Part shown: positions 28,725 through 37,583 of the stretch, one piece after another
How positions within the stretch are numbered: position 1 is the first letter of the stretch
Layout: each line of letters starts with the position of its first letter
NCBI GenBank assembly: GCA_963703955.1
Contig: CAVPGK010000017.1
Location: forward strand, 160,001-224,000
Direction: 5' to 3'
From: Nitrospirota bacterium
Lineage (GTDB): Bacteria; Nitrospirota; Nitrospiria; Nitrospirales; Nitrospiraceae
DNA: 64,000 bases
Translations under genes and position numbers: made by a program
The notes under the pieces: model-generated
Database searches by the model: none
Seen by the model: the letters and a program-made list of their open reading frames with translations, nothing else
What the model was told of the DNA's origin: nothing

Positions 28725-29843
28725 TCAAGACGCGCTTCTTCCCTGGGGTTGCGCCTTCTTCCCAAATGAAGAAAGGACCTGCTTGAGGGCATGAAGAAAG
28801 CGCCGGTTCTCCTCCGGTAGGCCGATGGTGACCCGTATCATGCGATCCTGGATGTGGCGGACAATGATGCCATGACGAAGCAAGGCCTGGAACACGTCTT
28901 GCCCATCCCGTCCGACATCGAAATAGAGAAAATTGGTTTCGCTCGGCAGCGGCCGCAACCCCAATGTGAGAAGCCCGGCTCGTACCACGGCCATCTCCGC
29001 CTCATTCAGGGATCGGCTCCGCGCCACGTGCTCCTCATCGTCCAGCGCGGCCAACGCGGCCTGCTGCGCCAGGCTGTTGGCGTTGAACGGCGGGCGAACG
29101 CGATTGAGATATCCGGCGATCTCGGGGGTGGTCAGCCCGTAGCCGATGCGCAACCCGGCGAGCCCGTAAATCTTCGAGAAGGTGCGCAGCACGATGGCGT
29201 GTCGGTCTTGCTTGACGAAGGCGAGCGCATCGGGAAATTCACGATCCCGGACATACTCGTAATAAGCTTCATCAAACACGACAATGACGTCATCGGGGAC
29301 ATGCGTCATCATCTCATTCACTTCAATCGCGTTGACCATGGTCCCCGTGGGGTTGTTGGGGTTACACACAAAGAGCAGTCTGGTCTTCGGGGTGACGGCG
29401 GCGGCCATGGTCGACAGGTCGTGGCGCCAGTCCTTCAAAGGAATGATGACCGGCACGCCGTGGGCCGCGGTCACCTCCATTCTGTAAATCGCAAATGTGT
29501 GGTCGGCCATCACGGCCTCGTCCCCGGGTGACAAGAAGGCCCTCGCCAGCATGCCGAGAATTTCGTCGGAGCCGTTGCCGAGGATCACGTGATCCGGCGT
29601 CACCTTCCAGCGTTCGGCCAAAGCCGCCCGCAAACGCTGCGCCCCGCCGTCCGGATAACGATTGAGACTCGTGGCGGCCTGGGCCAACACCGCGACGGCC
29701 TTCGGCGAGGGGCCGATCGGATTTTCATTGGACGCGAGTTTCACGGCTCGCGAGATGCCGAGTTCCCGTTCCAGATCGTCAATCGGTTTGCCCGGCACGT
29801 AGGGCACCAGGGATTCAATATTCTTGTGAACCTTCAGCGGCAT
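28725..29843 (-). CDS. hisC: Histidinol-phosphate aminotransferase
   Basis: KLASNENP, NPNNPTG, DEAY, RTFSKIYGLAGLRIGY. Confidence 0.93.
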   Translation of the reverse strand: MPLKVHKNIESLVPYVPGKPIDDLERELGISRAVKLASNENPIGPSPKAVAVLAQAATSLNRYPDGGAQRLRAALAERWKVTPDHVILGNGSDEILGMLARAFLSPGDEAVMADHTFAIYRMEVTAAHGVPVIIPLKDWRHDLSTMAAAVTPKTRLLFVCNPNNPTGTMVNAIEVNEMMTHVPDDVIVVFDEAYYEYVRDREFPDALAFVKQDRHAIVLRTFSKIYGLAGLRIGYGLTTPEIAGYLNRVRPPFNANSLAQQAALAALDDEEHVARSRSLNEAEMAVVRAGLLTLGLRPLPSETNFLYFDVGRDGQDVFQALLRHGIIVRHIQDRMIRVTIGLPEENRRFLHALKQVLSSFGKKAQPQGRSAS

Positions 29844-29847
29844 TGGA

Positions 29848-30930
29848 CTAATTGTGTGTGGGGTATGAGCCCAGGATTTTCAGGAAGAGGCATCGGCTCT
29901 TGATCTCTTCAAGCGCCTTTTTCACTCGATCCTCTTCAACGTGTCCTTCGACGTCGACGAAAAAGATGTATTCCCAGGCTTTGCGTCGCGAAGGGCGGGA
30001 CTCAATCTTGGTCAGGTTGATTCCGTGCGAGGCAAACGGACGAAGCAGGTCATACAGCGCGCCGACCTTGTCTTTGACGGAGAGCATGATCGAAGTCTTG
30101 TCTTTCCCTGTTCGCTCGGGCGGCTTCTGAGAGAGGACCAAAAATCTCGTGAAATTATTGAGGTTGTCTTCAATCCTCGCCTTGAGCACCTTCAGACCAT
30201 AGAGCTGACCGGCCAATTCAGAGGCAATGGCGGCCGTGGATGGATCATCCGCGCACAGTTCGGCGGCGCGAGCCGTGCTCGGGACCTCCGAGACCGGCAT
30301 GTGAGGGAGGTTTGATTCCAGCCAGTTACGGCATTGGGCAATCGCATGAGGGTGGGAATAGATTTTTTTGATGTCCTCGAGGCGTCCCGTTTTTGACAGC
30401 AGGTGATGAGAGACCTCTTGCAGCACCTCGCCGTAGATGAGGAGGTTGGAATCGATGAACATATCAAGGGTGTGGTTCACTACTCCTTCGGTCGAATTTT
30501 CGATCGGCACGACTCCAAAATTGGCTCGCCCGCGTTCGACCTCATTGAACACATCCTTAATACTGTTGACCGGGAGATACTGGGCGGAATTGCCGAATTT
30601 CTGAATGCAGGCCAAATGGGTAAAGGTCGCTCGGGGTCCCAAATAGGCGACCCGCTGCGGTCCTTCCAGCGACAGCGAGGCCGACATAATCTCCCGATAG
30701 ACCGATCGGATCGCCTCATTTGGGAAAGGACCGGTGTTTCGGTTCATGAGGCGGTCGACGATCTCGGCTTCCCGTCGTGGGGTGTGCAGATTGGCCTCGT
30801 TGTCCGATTGTTTTTTTAATCTTCCGATTTCAATCACGCTCTTCGAGCGTTCGTTCAAGAGACGCAGGATCTGGTCATCGAGCCGATCGATTTCTTTTCT
30901 GAAATGGGGGATGTCTTTATCGTGGGTCAA
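29848..30930 (-). CDS. pheA: Chorismate mutase/prephenate dehydratase
   Basis: RKEIDRLD CM domain, PIENSTEG, NFTRF, ESRP ACT; TTG start at 30930 after GGAG. Confidence 0.94.
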   Translation of the reverse strand: MTHDKDIPHFRKEIDRLDDQILRLLNERSKSVIEIGRLKKQSDNEANLHTPRREAEIVDRLMNRNTGPFPNEAIRSVYREIMSASLSLEGPQRVAYLGPRATFTHLACIQKFGNSAQYLPVNSIKDVFNEVERGRANFGVVPIENSTEGVVNHTLDMFIDSNLLIYGEVLQEVSHHLLSKTGRLEDIKKIYSHPHAIAQCRNWLESNLPHMPVSEVPSTARAAELCADDPSTAAIASELAGQLYGLKVLKARIEDNLNNFTRFLVLSQKPPERTGKDKTSIMLSVKDKVGALYDLLRPFASHGINLTKIESRPSRRKAWEYIFFVDVEGHVEEDRVKKALEEIKSRCLFLKILGSYPTHN

Positions 30931-31123
30931 ACCAGCTCCCCCTCTGTGTCGCTGAAAGATCGACCGACCAGGGTTTCCGCACGGAATTCGACGAGACAGA
31001 AAATCATACAGAATCACAATGCGGAATTGCAAGGATATCAATAGGATTTGTCTCTTAAGGGTGGAGGTCGCTCGGGAGCTTTCAGATTAACTGCCGATCG
31101 AAGAATCCCGGCATCATCGGCGT

Positions 31124-32128
31124 TCAGGACAAGAGATCTTTCATTTTTCCGAAATGCTCGAAGGCGGAGCGCGTGGCCTGACGCCCGCGGGCGGTCCGTT
31201 CAAGATAGCCGGACTGAATCAAGTATGGTTCGTAGACGTCTTCTAGCGTGTTCCGTTCCTCATTCACGGCCGCCGCCAAGCTTTCGATTCCTACAGGGCC
31301 GCCGCCGAACTTTTCAATGATGACCAGCAGAATTTTCTGGTCCATCTCATCGAAGCCGGCCGGATCAACGCCCAGCCAGGTCAGGGCATCGTGGGCAACG
31401 TCTCGAGTGATGCGTCCTTCCGCCTTGATCTGGGCATAGTCACGAACCCGTTTGATCAGCCGATTGACGATCCGTGGCGTGCCGCGAGCGCGACCGGCGA
31501 TCTCGGCGGCGCCCTCCGGGTCGATCGGCACGCTCAACAGGCCGGCCGAGCGGGTGACGATACTGTGCAGCTCCCCGGTGGAGTAGAAGTCCAACCGATT
31601 CACTAAGCCGAATCGCTCCCGCAATGGAGAGGTAAGCGCGCCGGCTCGAGTGGTGGCGCCGATCAACGTGAAGCGCGGCAGGTCCAGCTTGACGGTTCTA
31701 GTAGATGGTCCCTGGCCGATGACCAAATCGAGTTGGTAATCCTCCATTGCAGGATATAGGGCCTCTTCGACCGAGGCCGGCAAGCGGTGGATCTCGTCGA
31801 TAAACAGGACATCCCGTTCTTGCAGATTGGTGAGAATGGCGGCCAAATCTCCAGCATGGGCCAGCACCAGCCCTGAGGTGGAGCGGATGGCCACCCCCAT
31901 CTCTCGAGCAATAATGTGGGCGATGGTCGTCTTTCCGAGTCCTGGAGGGCCGTAGAAAATCGCATGGTCCAGCGCCTCGCCGCGACGCTTTGCCGCCTCG
32001 ATGCAGATGCGGAGAGACTCCTTCATCCGCTCCTGTCCGATGTACTCATCCAAGGTCTGCGGGCGCAGGGCGGCCTCGAGCCCGCGCTCATCATCGGTCA
32101 ATTGATTGGTCACGACGCGATCTGGCAT
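31124..32128 (-). CDS. ruvB: Holliday junction branch migration helicase RuvB
   Basis: [28 protein letters not shown]. Confidence 0.96.
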   Translation of the reverse strand: MPDRVVTNQLTDDERGLEAALRPQTLDEYIGQERMKESLRICIEAAKRRGEALDHAIFYGPPGLGKTTIAHIIAREMGVAIRSTSGLVLAHAGDLAAILTNLQERDVLFIDEIHRLPASVEEALYPAMEDYQLDLVIGQGPSTRTVKLDLPRFTLIGATTRAGALTSPLRERFGLVNRLDFYSTGELHSIVTRSAGLLSVPIDPEGAAEIAGRARGTPRIVNRLIKRVRDYAQIKAEGRITRDVAHDALTWLGVDPAGFDEMDQKILLVIIEKFGGGPVGIESLAAAVNEERNTLEDVYEPYLIQSGYLERTARGRQATRSAFEHFGKMKDLLS

Positions 32129-32167
32129 CGGATAGCTCTTTCACCTCGTCCGCGCTGGATGAGACCG

Positions 32168-32704
32168 CTAGTCGGCTTTTTTTTCCGGCGCTGGTTGGAA
32201 TTTCGGTGGAGGCGGAAGCGCACCCTGCCCGGGAGTTGCTGTGCCGCCACAGTTCGGAGGGCAGACGATGCCACCCTGAGTCGGATCCGGCAAGCCGCTT
32301 TCCATCTTCTGGAGCTGGCACTGGCTCATGTGACCACCGTCTGTCGAACCACAGCGGGAAGGCACCATCGAGCTTCCGACCTGCACATATCCCTCGGGAC
32401 ACGATCCGCAGACAGAGAGCAAGTTGGCTCCCGAGGGGACACACTGGACCACGGTATGATCTCCCTCTGGGCAGATTTTCTCATCGGTTGTCACACCGGT
32501 CAGGGCGTACCCGGATGGGCAGGTTCCACAGGTCATTCTGATGCTCTTCGGCTCAGAGGGCTCATCGGCCGCGATGAGGAAAGATGGGGAGCCGAACAAC
32601 AGGGCTGGGGTCAGGCTGACGGCCAGCGTCCAGATTATCAGCCGCCGGCAGGTAAAGCCCCAGTGAGAGAGAATGGCGCATGGTTGCCTCAGCATCTCAA
32701 TCAT
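32168..32704 (-). CDS. Cys-rich exported hypothetical protein with an internal duplication
   Basis: Signal-like helix; CGTCPSGY.../CGSCPEGY... repeats; Pro-rich tail. Confidence 0.7.
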   Translation of the reverse strand: MIEMLRQPCAILSHWGFTCRRLIIWTLAVSLTPALLFGSPSFLIAADEPSEPKSIRMTCGTCPSGYALTGVTTDEKICPEGDHTVVQCVPSGANLLSVCGSCPEGYVQVGSSMVPSRCGSTDGGHMSQCQLQKMESGLPDPTQGGIVCPPNCGGTATPGQGALPPPPKFQPAPEKKAD

Positions 32705-32706
32705 GG

Positions 32707-33321
32707 TTACCCCCTTGCTAAGTCCTTGAGCGCTTCCCGAATAAGATCCTTGAGCACCGGCGGGCTCTGTGCCGATCGCCCTTGCAGGATTCGCTTGAGC
32801 GCCTCTTTTGCGTCGGGTGCGCGGTACCCGAGGTTAACCAGCGCAGACAGGGCGTCATCCTGCAATTGATCCGTGGAGCCACGTGCGGCATCGGAGATTT
32901 TTGCAGGACTCGGGTGTAATCGCTCCAGTTTGTCTTTGAGTTCGAGGGCAATCCGTCCAGCGGATTTCTTTCCGATTCCAGGGACCGTGGCTAGCTTGTC
33001 CACATCACCCGCTTGGACAGCTGAAACCAAATCGGCGATGCTGAGCGCGGAAAGGACGCTGAGGGCCAGCTTAGGCCCGATTCCGGAGATGCCCGTGAGG
33101 AGAATGAAGGCGTCCTTTTCGGAACCGGTCAAGAACCCAAAGAGCTGAATCGCGTCATCTCTCAGATGGGTATGGATTTTCAACGAGGCAGACTCGTTCA
33201 AGGCGGGAAGGGCGTAAAAGGTACTGAGCGGGATAAAGACCTCATACCCGACACCATGAACGTCGAGGGTGATCTGCGAAGGCGACCTGAATGCCAGCCG
33301 GCCAGTCAGCGCGGCGATCAT
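32707..33321 (-). CDS. ruvA: Holliday junction DNA-binding protein RuvA
   Basis: GVGYEV, GISGIGPKLA, VPGIGKKSA, ALVNLGY. Confidence 0.96.
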   Translation of the reverse strand: MIAALTGRLAFRSPSQITLDVHGVGYEVFIPLSTFYALPALNESASLKIHTHLRDDAIQLFGFLTGSEKDAFILLTGISGIGPKLALSVLSALSIADLVSAVQAGDVDKLATVPGIGKKSAGRIALELKDKLERLHPSPAKISDAARGSTDQLQDDALSALVNLGYRAPDAKEALKRILQGRSAQSPPVLKDLIREALKDLARG

Positions 33322-33368
33322 GCAATATGAATGAGGGTGATACGGCTCACGACAACCTGATGAATACC

Positions 33369-34121
33369 CTAGCCGGCCGCCGCAACCTTCTCCATGATTT
33401 CGCTCGGGATGTCGAAATTGGCATGGACCTTCTGAACATCATCATGCTCGTCCAGAATTTCCATGAGCTTGAGCATCTGCTCGGCGGATTTCTCTTGCAA
33501 TTTGACGTAATTCTGCGGGACGAATGTCACTTCAGCCAGGGAGGGTTCGAGTTTCGCGTCCGCCAGCGCCTTTTTCACCGATTCGAAGTCATGAGGGTCG
33601 GTGATCACTTCGAAGGCTTTCTCGTCTACTTTCACATCTTCCGCGCCGGCTTCCAACGCCAGCGACAGGAGACGATCCTCGTCCACCTTGCCCTGCTCGA
33701 CCACCAGTAAGCCCTTCTTGTGAAATTGCCAGGCCACGGAGCCCGCCTCGGCCATGTTCCCGTTATTCTTGGTCAAGAGGCTTCTAACCTCGGCGACCGT
33801 GCGATTTCGGTTGTCGCTGGTAATTTCCAGGAGGAGAGCCGTTCCACCTGGCCCGTATCCTTCCAGGGTGAACTCTTCGTAATGCACGCCTGGCAACTCA
33901 CCGGTCCCGCGCTGGATCGCCTTCTTCATCGTGTCGCCCGGCATATTGGCGTCTTTGGCCTTGGCGATCGCCAGCCGGAGGCGCGGATTGCCGTCAGGAT
34001 CGCCACCCTGTCGCGCAGCAATCGTCAACTCGCGGATGACGCGGGTAAAAATCTTCCCCCGCTTCGCGTCGATGGCCGCCTTGTGTCGTTTCGTGGTGGC
34101 CCAGTGGCTATGGCCGCCCAT
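33369..34121 (-). CDS. yebC: YebC/PmpR family protein
   Basis: MGGHSHW, NPRLRLAI, EGYGPGG, DDVQKVHAN. Confidence 0.95.
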   Translation of the reverse strand: MGGHSHWATTKRHKAAIDAKRGKIFTRVIRELTIAARQGGDPDGNPRLRLAIAKAKDANMPGDTMKKAIQRGTGELPGVHYEEFTLEGYGPGGTALLLEITSDNRNRTVAEVRSLLTKNNGNMAEAGSVAWQFHKKGLLVVEQGKVDEDRLLSLALEAGAEDVKVDEKAFEVITDPHDFESVKKALADAKLEPSLAEVTFVPQNYVKLQEKSAEQMLKLMEILDEHDDVQKVHANFDIPSEIMEKVAAAG

Positions 34122-34134
34122 CTTCCCCTCCCTC

Positions 34135-34295
34135 GCAGGGCGATGAAAAAGGTCACCAGCTTCGTTCTCGGTTCACCCGTCGCCTCGTGTCCACGAAGAA
34201 TGCATCTCAGCGTCCGAACTTCCCTGCGGCCTTGCCACGGGAATGGGCACGTCTTGGGTGGGCGGGTGAAATGGAGGCCTTTTTGAGCGCCCTGC
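34135..34295. mobile_element. MITE-like element copy 3 (diverged)
   Basis: GCAGGGCGATGAAAAAGG ... CCTTTTTGAGCGCCCTGC inverted ends; internal CCAGCTTCGTTCTCGG and CTGCGGCCTTG as in copies 1-2. Confidence 0.7.
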
Positions 34296-34417
34296 AAACG
34301 CAAATCAATCTTTATTTGTGTGGTGGTCTAGCACACTCTCAAGAGACGTGTCAACGACGGCAGGTGACGGCGTAGCAAGAATCTGTTACGGGGGGTGACT
34401 GCTTGGCGATTTGCACA

Positions 34418-34446
34418 TTGACAGCCCCTGAAGTCGTTCCTAGAAT
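34418..34446 (+). promoter_or_regulatory. Near-consensus sigma-70 promoter
   Basis: TTGACA-N17-TAGAAT. Confidence 0.7.
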
Positions 34447-34539
34447 CTTGCTGATTCATTTCCAGCAGGCACTGTCCAGGAAATCTTTATCTCTACGCGA
34501 GGACGAGGAAGCAGGCTGAGATCGGGTGTCAAGTGCAAC

Positions 34540-34668
34540 ATGATATCACAAATAACTTTGCTTGAAGCGGCTCGTGTCGAAGGCAAAGCGATCCCACGAC
34601 TAGGTTATTGGCCGGCTATTTACCAGACTGCACCTAACCTGTGGTGCCTGTATGTCTACCGTGATTGA
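34540..34668 (+). pseudogene. HicB-like antitoxin C-terminal remnant
   Basis: LEAARVEGKAIPRLGYWPAIYQ resembles the HicB/UPF0150 C-terminal motif. Confidence 0.45.
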
Positions 34669-34677
34669 TTTGATGCG

Positions 34678-34911
34678 TTGGACGCGAAGCTGCGCGAGTG
34701 GCGGAAGCAGCACGATACGCCGGCGAAGGTGGCAGCGGTGCACCGGAAGGTTCTTCTGGACCGTGTGATTGAGTCCATGACGTTTGAGAACGAACCGATC
34801 AGAAAATCTCGCCTGAAGGTCTCCTCAAGAATCGGAAGAAGCTTAAGCAGACTATTGCGATTGCCGGACGTGTTGAACTTCCGGGTTCTCTCGACAGCTT
34901 ACTCCGTATAG
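34678..34911 (+). CDS. Small protein with a Fic-antitoxin-like motif (possible 3' frameshift)
   Basis: Helical 77 aa; SMTFEN fits (S/T)xxxE(G/N). Confidence 0.45.
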   Translation: MDAKLREWRKQHDTPAKVAAVHRKVLLDRVIESMTFENEPIRKSRLKVSSRIGRSLSRLLRLPDVLNFRVLSTAYSV

Positions 34912-35660
34912 ATCAGCAGTTGAAGCCCGATCAGCAGGACAAGGGCGGCCCAAGCGACTTCCCATAGGGACCGAGCGACTCGCTTAGGGGAACCGAATCG
35001 CATCGCCGCGTCTCGGCGGTTCCATTCGGACAGAAACTTGGAGGATCCGGCTGTAATCGCCATCATGCCCATGAAGGCATGGTGGAGCGCAATCTTGTAG
35101 GCCGCCGGGTGGACGCCGTGACTGTGGAGAAACAGCGAGAGCCCGCCGATGACAGCGAAGGTGGGGAGCGGGACCCTCCATAGTATGTGATCGAGGCGTC
35201 CGATCCGCCGCAGCAGTTCCACCGTCCCGATCAGCAGGGCGATGATGCCGAAGAGCTTGTGCTGAATCGTTTCCCAGTCACCGTTGGAGAATGTTTCGGT
35301 GAAGGTAAGAGACCCGATCGGCCAGGCATCATGGTCGCTCCAGATCAGCAGGTAAGTTCCCGTCACGAACAAGGCGCCGGGCAATAGCAATCTTGTCCAG
35401 GCCAGCGTCGAGATGCCCAGGGCAGGACGAAGTTCGCTCAGCCCGATAAGGATGACAAGAAATCCGGCAAGGTGATGATTAAATTCAGAGTAGGCTGTGC
35501 CTTCAGGGGAACCTTCCCAGCCCGGCATGGCCGGATCGCTGTGATGAGCAGGGTCATGATGATGCGCCGACTCGTGCTCCGTCTGAGCGAAGGTGGGAGC
35601 GCATAGGATGGCGAGTATGGCGATGAGATACAGACTTCCAGCCCAGAATCGCGTTGTCAT
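34899..35660 (-). CDS. His-rich polytopic membrane protein
   Basis: Signal, His-rich linker, ~6 TM helices with His residues (FNHH, QHK, LHSH, LHHA). Confidence 0.8.
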   Translation of the reverse strand: MTTRFWAGSLYLIAILAILCAPTFAQTEHESAHHHDPAHHSDPAMPGWEGSPEGTAYSEFNHHLAGFLVILIGLSELRPALGISTLAWTRLLLPGALFVTGTYLLIWSDHDAWPIGSLTFTETFSNGDWETIQHKLFGIIALLIGTVELLRRIGRLDHILWRVPLPTFAVIGGLSLFLHSHGVHPAAYKIALHHAFMGMMAITAGSSKFLSEWNRRDAAMRFGSPKRVARSLWEVAWAALVLLIGLQLLIYTE

Positions 35661-35689
35661 GTGCGGCCCTTGGTCGACCCTCGGTTCTA

Positions 35690-35726
35690 CAAAGAAAGGC
35701 CCATCCAGTCGGCCGGATGGGCCTTC
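35690..35726 (-). terminator. Rho-independent terminator
   Basis: AAGGCCCATCC-loop-GGATGGGCCTT followed by TCTTT on the minus strand. Confidence 0.7.
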
Positions 35727-35754
35727 GTCTTCAGGCAGGCTTCTCGATCTGTCA

Positions 35755-36528
35755 TTACATGAACTTCATGAATTTGTCTTTCGCCTCGTCCATGACTTCG
35801 GCGGTGATGGTGGTGGCGCCCCGCTCCTTTGCCAGGCGTTCGATTTCCCGGCGCGCCATGGGTCGGATAAAGTCCGGGATATTCTCCAGGCGCTTTTCTG
35901 CGTCCGATGACCACGCGATGCCGTTCGAGTCATTCTTCGAGTCATCCATGACCTGCAGATTGATCGTGTTAAACCCATGCTTGCGGGCATAGGCTTCGAC
36001 ACTGCTCTGCACCATGGGTTTGACGAATGAAGGGAGCCGATCCAATTTTTCCTTGGCGTCCGGAGACCACGTAAATTCCGGTCCTCCGGAGCCGCTATGG
36101 CCGGCCTGGCTTCCGGAGGTAAGGCCCATTTGTGCCACCATCGCGGAGAAGGGGCAGCCTCCTCCGGACTTCTCGCCCTCCTTGCCCTGGACGGAGCCTG
36201 CGGGTGTAGAAGTTTTGGTTCCGGTCTGTGCGACCGGTTGTCCTCCCTGAATTTTCTGGTTCAGATACGCCGCCATTTGTCCCGAGCCGGCTTGCGCCTC
36301 TTCTTTGAGCGTGCCCCGAGTCATCTCAAACGGTTCAGCCGGCGCCGTGCGACCACCGAGCTGCACCCCCAGCGAACTCACCATTTGGGTCTCTCCCGGG
36401 TTGGTCACCATTGAGAACTTGGCTCCGCAGGAGGGACAGCCGAAGAAGACTCCGAGGGAACCTTCCGCCGGCTTTTCGACTTTTTCGAAGTTCATGTACG
36501 TTTCGCAGTTGAGGCAAACGAATTTCAT
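35755..36528 (-). CDS. Zn-ribbon plus two PCP_red-like domains protein
   Basis: N-terminal CLNC/CPSC; GGCPF; two WSxDAxxxLxxxPxFxxPM repeats. Confidence 0.8.
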   Translation of the reverse strand: MKFVCLNCETYMNFEKVEKPAEGSLGVFFGCPSCGAKFSMVTNPGETQMVSSLGVQLGGRTAPAEPFEMTRGTLKEEAQAGSGQMAAYLNQKIQGGQPVAQTGTKTSTPAGSVQGKEGEKSGGGCPFSAMVAQMGLTSGSQAGHSGSGGPEFTWSPDAKEKLDRLPSFVKPMVQSSVEAYARKHGFNTINLQVMDDSKNDSNGIAWSSDAEKRLENIPDFIRPMARREIERLAKERGATTITAEVMDEAKDKFMKFM

Positions 36529-36552
36529 CGTAAATCCTCTTGTGACAAAGAC

Positions 36553-37473
36553 TCAGAGTTTCTCGGCGAGAACCTTTTTGTAGTCTAGGATCGACCGGAC
36601 CCGCTCTGCAATCTCCTGATACCGCTGGATCGTGGGATAAGTCTCATCCAAGAGGGGCGTCCCCTTGTCGAAGGTGCGCGCGAGTAAGCGGTCGAAGGGG
36701 ATGCGTCCCAGAAGCGGCACGTCTAAAGCCGCGCACATGGCCTCGGTATTTCCTTCGAACAGGTCGCTCTCGGCTCCGCAGGAGGGACATCGGTACTGGC
36801 TCATGTTTTCGACCATACCCAAAACCCGGATGCCCATGTCCCGCGCATAGGTCACTGACTTCTGCACGACATCGGAGGCCACTTCGGATGGAGTCGTGAC
36901 GACAATGGCACCGGCCAAGTCCGGAATAAATCCCGCCATGACCGGAGGCTTATCGGCTGCAGCTCCGGGCGGAAGGTCGGTGAGAAGATAATCCAGCTCT
37001 CCCCAGATCACATCCGATAGAAATTCCCGGATGACGTTCATTTCCATCAGCCCAAGCCAGACCGGGCTCAAATCCATAGGCCCTTTCCATCGAACCGGCG
37101 AGGCCGCATCAAGGAAGAAATCCATCGAGCCAACCTTGACGCCCAAAGGCCCAACGGGTGGGAGAGCGCCCTCAGGGGTCATGGTGAGTGTCTGTCCAGT
37201 CATCCCCAGCATGCGAGGGACGCAGGGTCCGTTCAAGTCCACGTCCAGCAAGCCGACCCGTGCGCCTTGGCGGGCGAGGGCCAGGGCCAAATTCACGGTG
37301 GTCATGCTCTTGCCGACGCCACCCTTTCCACTCATGACGACGAGCTTGTGCTGAATGCCGGCCATGCGGGCCTGCACCTGCCGCATCTGGTCAGTGATCT
37401 GCTGGACCACCTTCGCATCGTCGGCGTACTGTAACTTGCTCAGGATCCCTTTGAGGTCTTTTTCAAGGGCCAT
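36553..37473 (-). CDS. mrp: Mrp/NBP35 (ApbC-like) Fe-S cluster carrier ATPase
   Basis: MSGKGGVGKS, DLPPG, VENMS, CPSC. Confidence 0.9.
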   Translation of the reverse strand: MALEKDLKGILSKLQYADDAKVVQQITDQMRQVQARMAGIQHKLVVMSGKGGVGKSMTTVNLALALARQGARVGLLDVDLNGPCVPRMLGMTGQTLTMTPEGALPPVGPLGVKVGSMDFFLDAASPVRWKGPMDLSPVWLGLMEMNVIREFLSDVIWGELDYLLTDLPPGAAADKPPVMAGFIPDLAGAIVVTTPSEVASDVVQKSVTYARDMGIRVLGMVENMSQYRCPSCGAESDLFEGNTEAMCAALDVPLLGRIPFDRLLARTFDKGTPLLDETYPTIQRYQEIAERVRSILDYKKVLAEKL

Positions 37474-37583
37474 GGACGGCCACCGTAGCATAAGGATTTC
37501 TCATGAGTCAAACCGGCAGGCTGCTGGTGGCCAGGGCGCGATAAATGCCTTTTTTAAGCAACCCGCACATCTATTGTCCCTCC

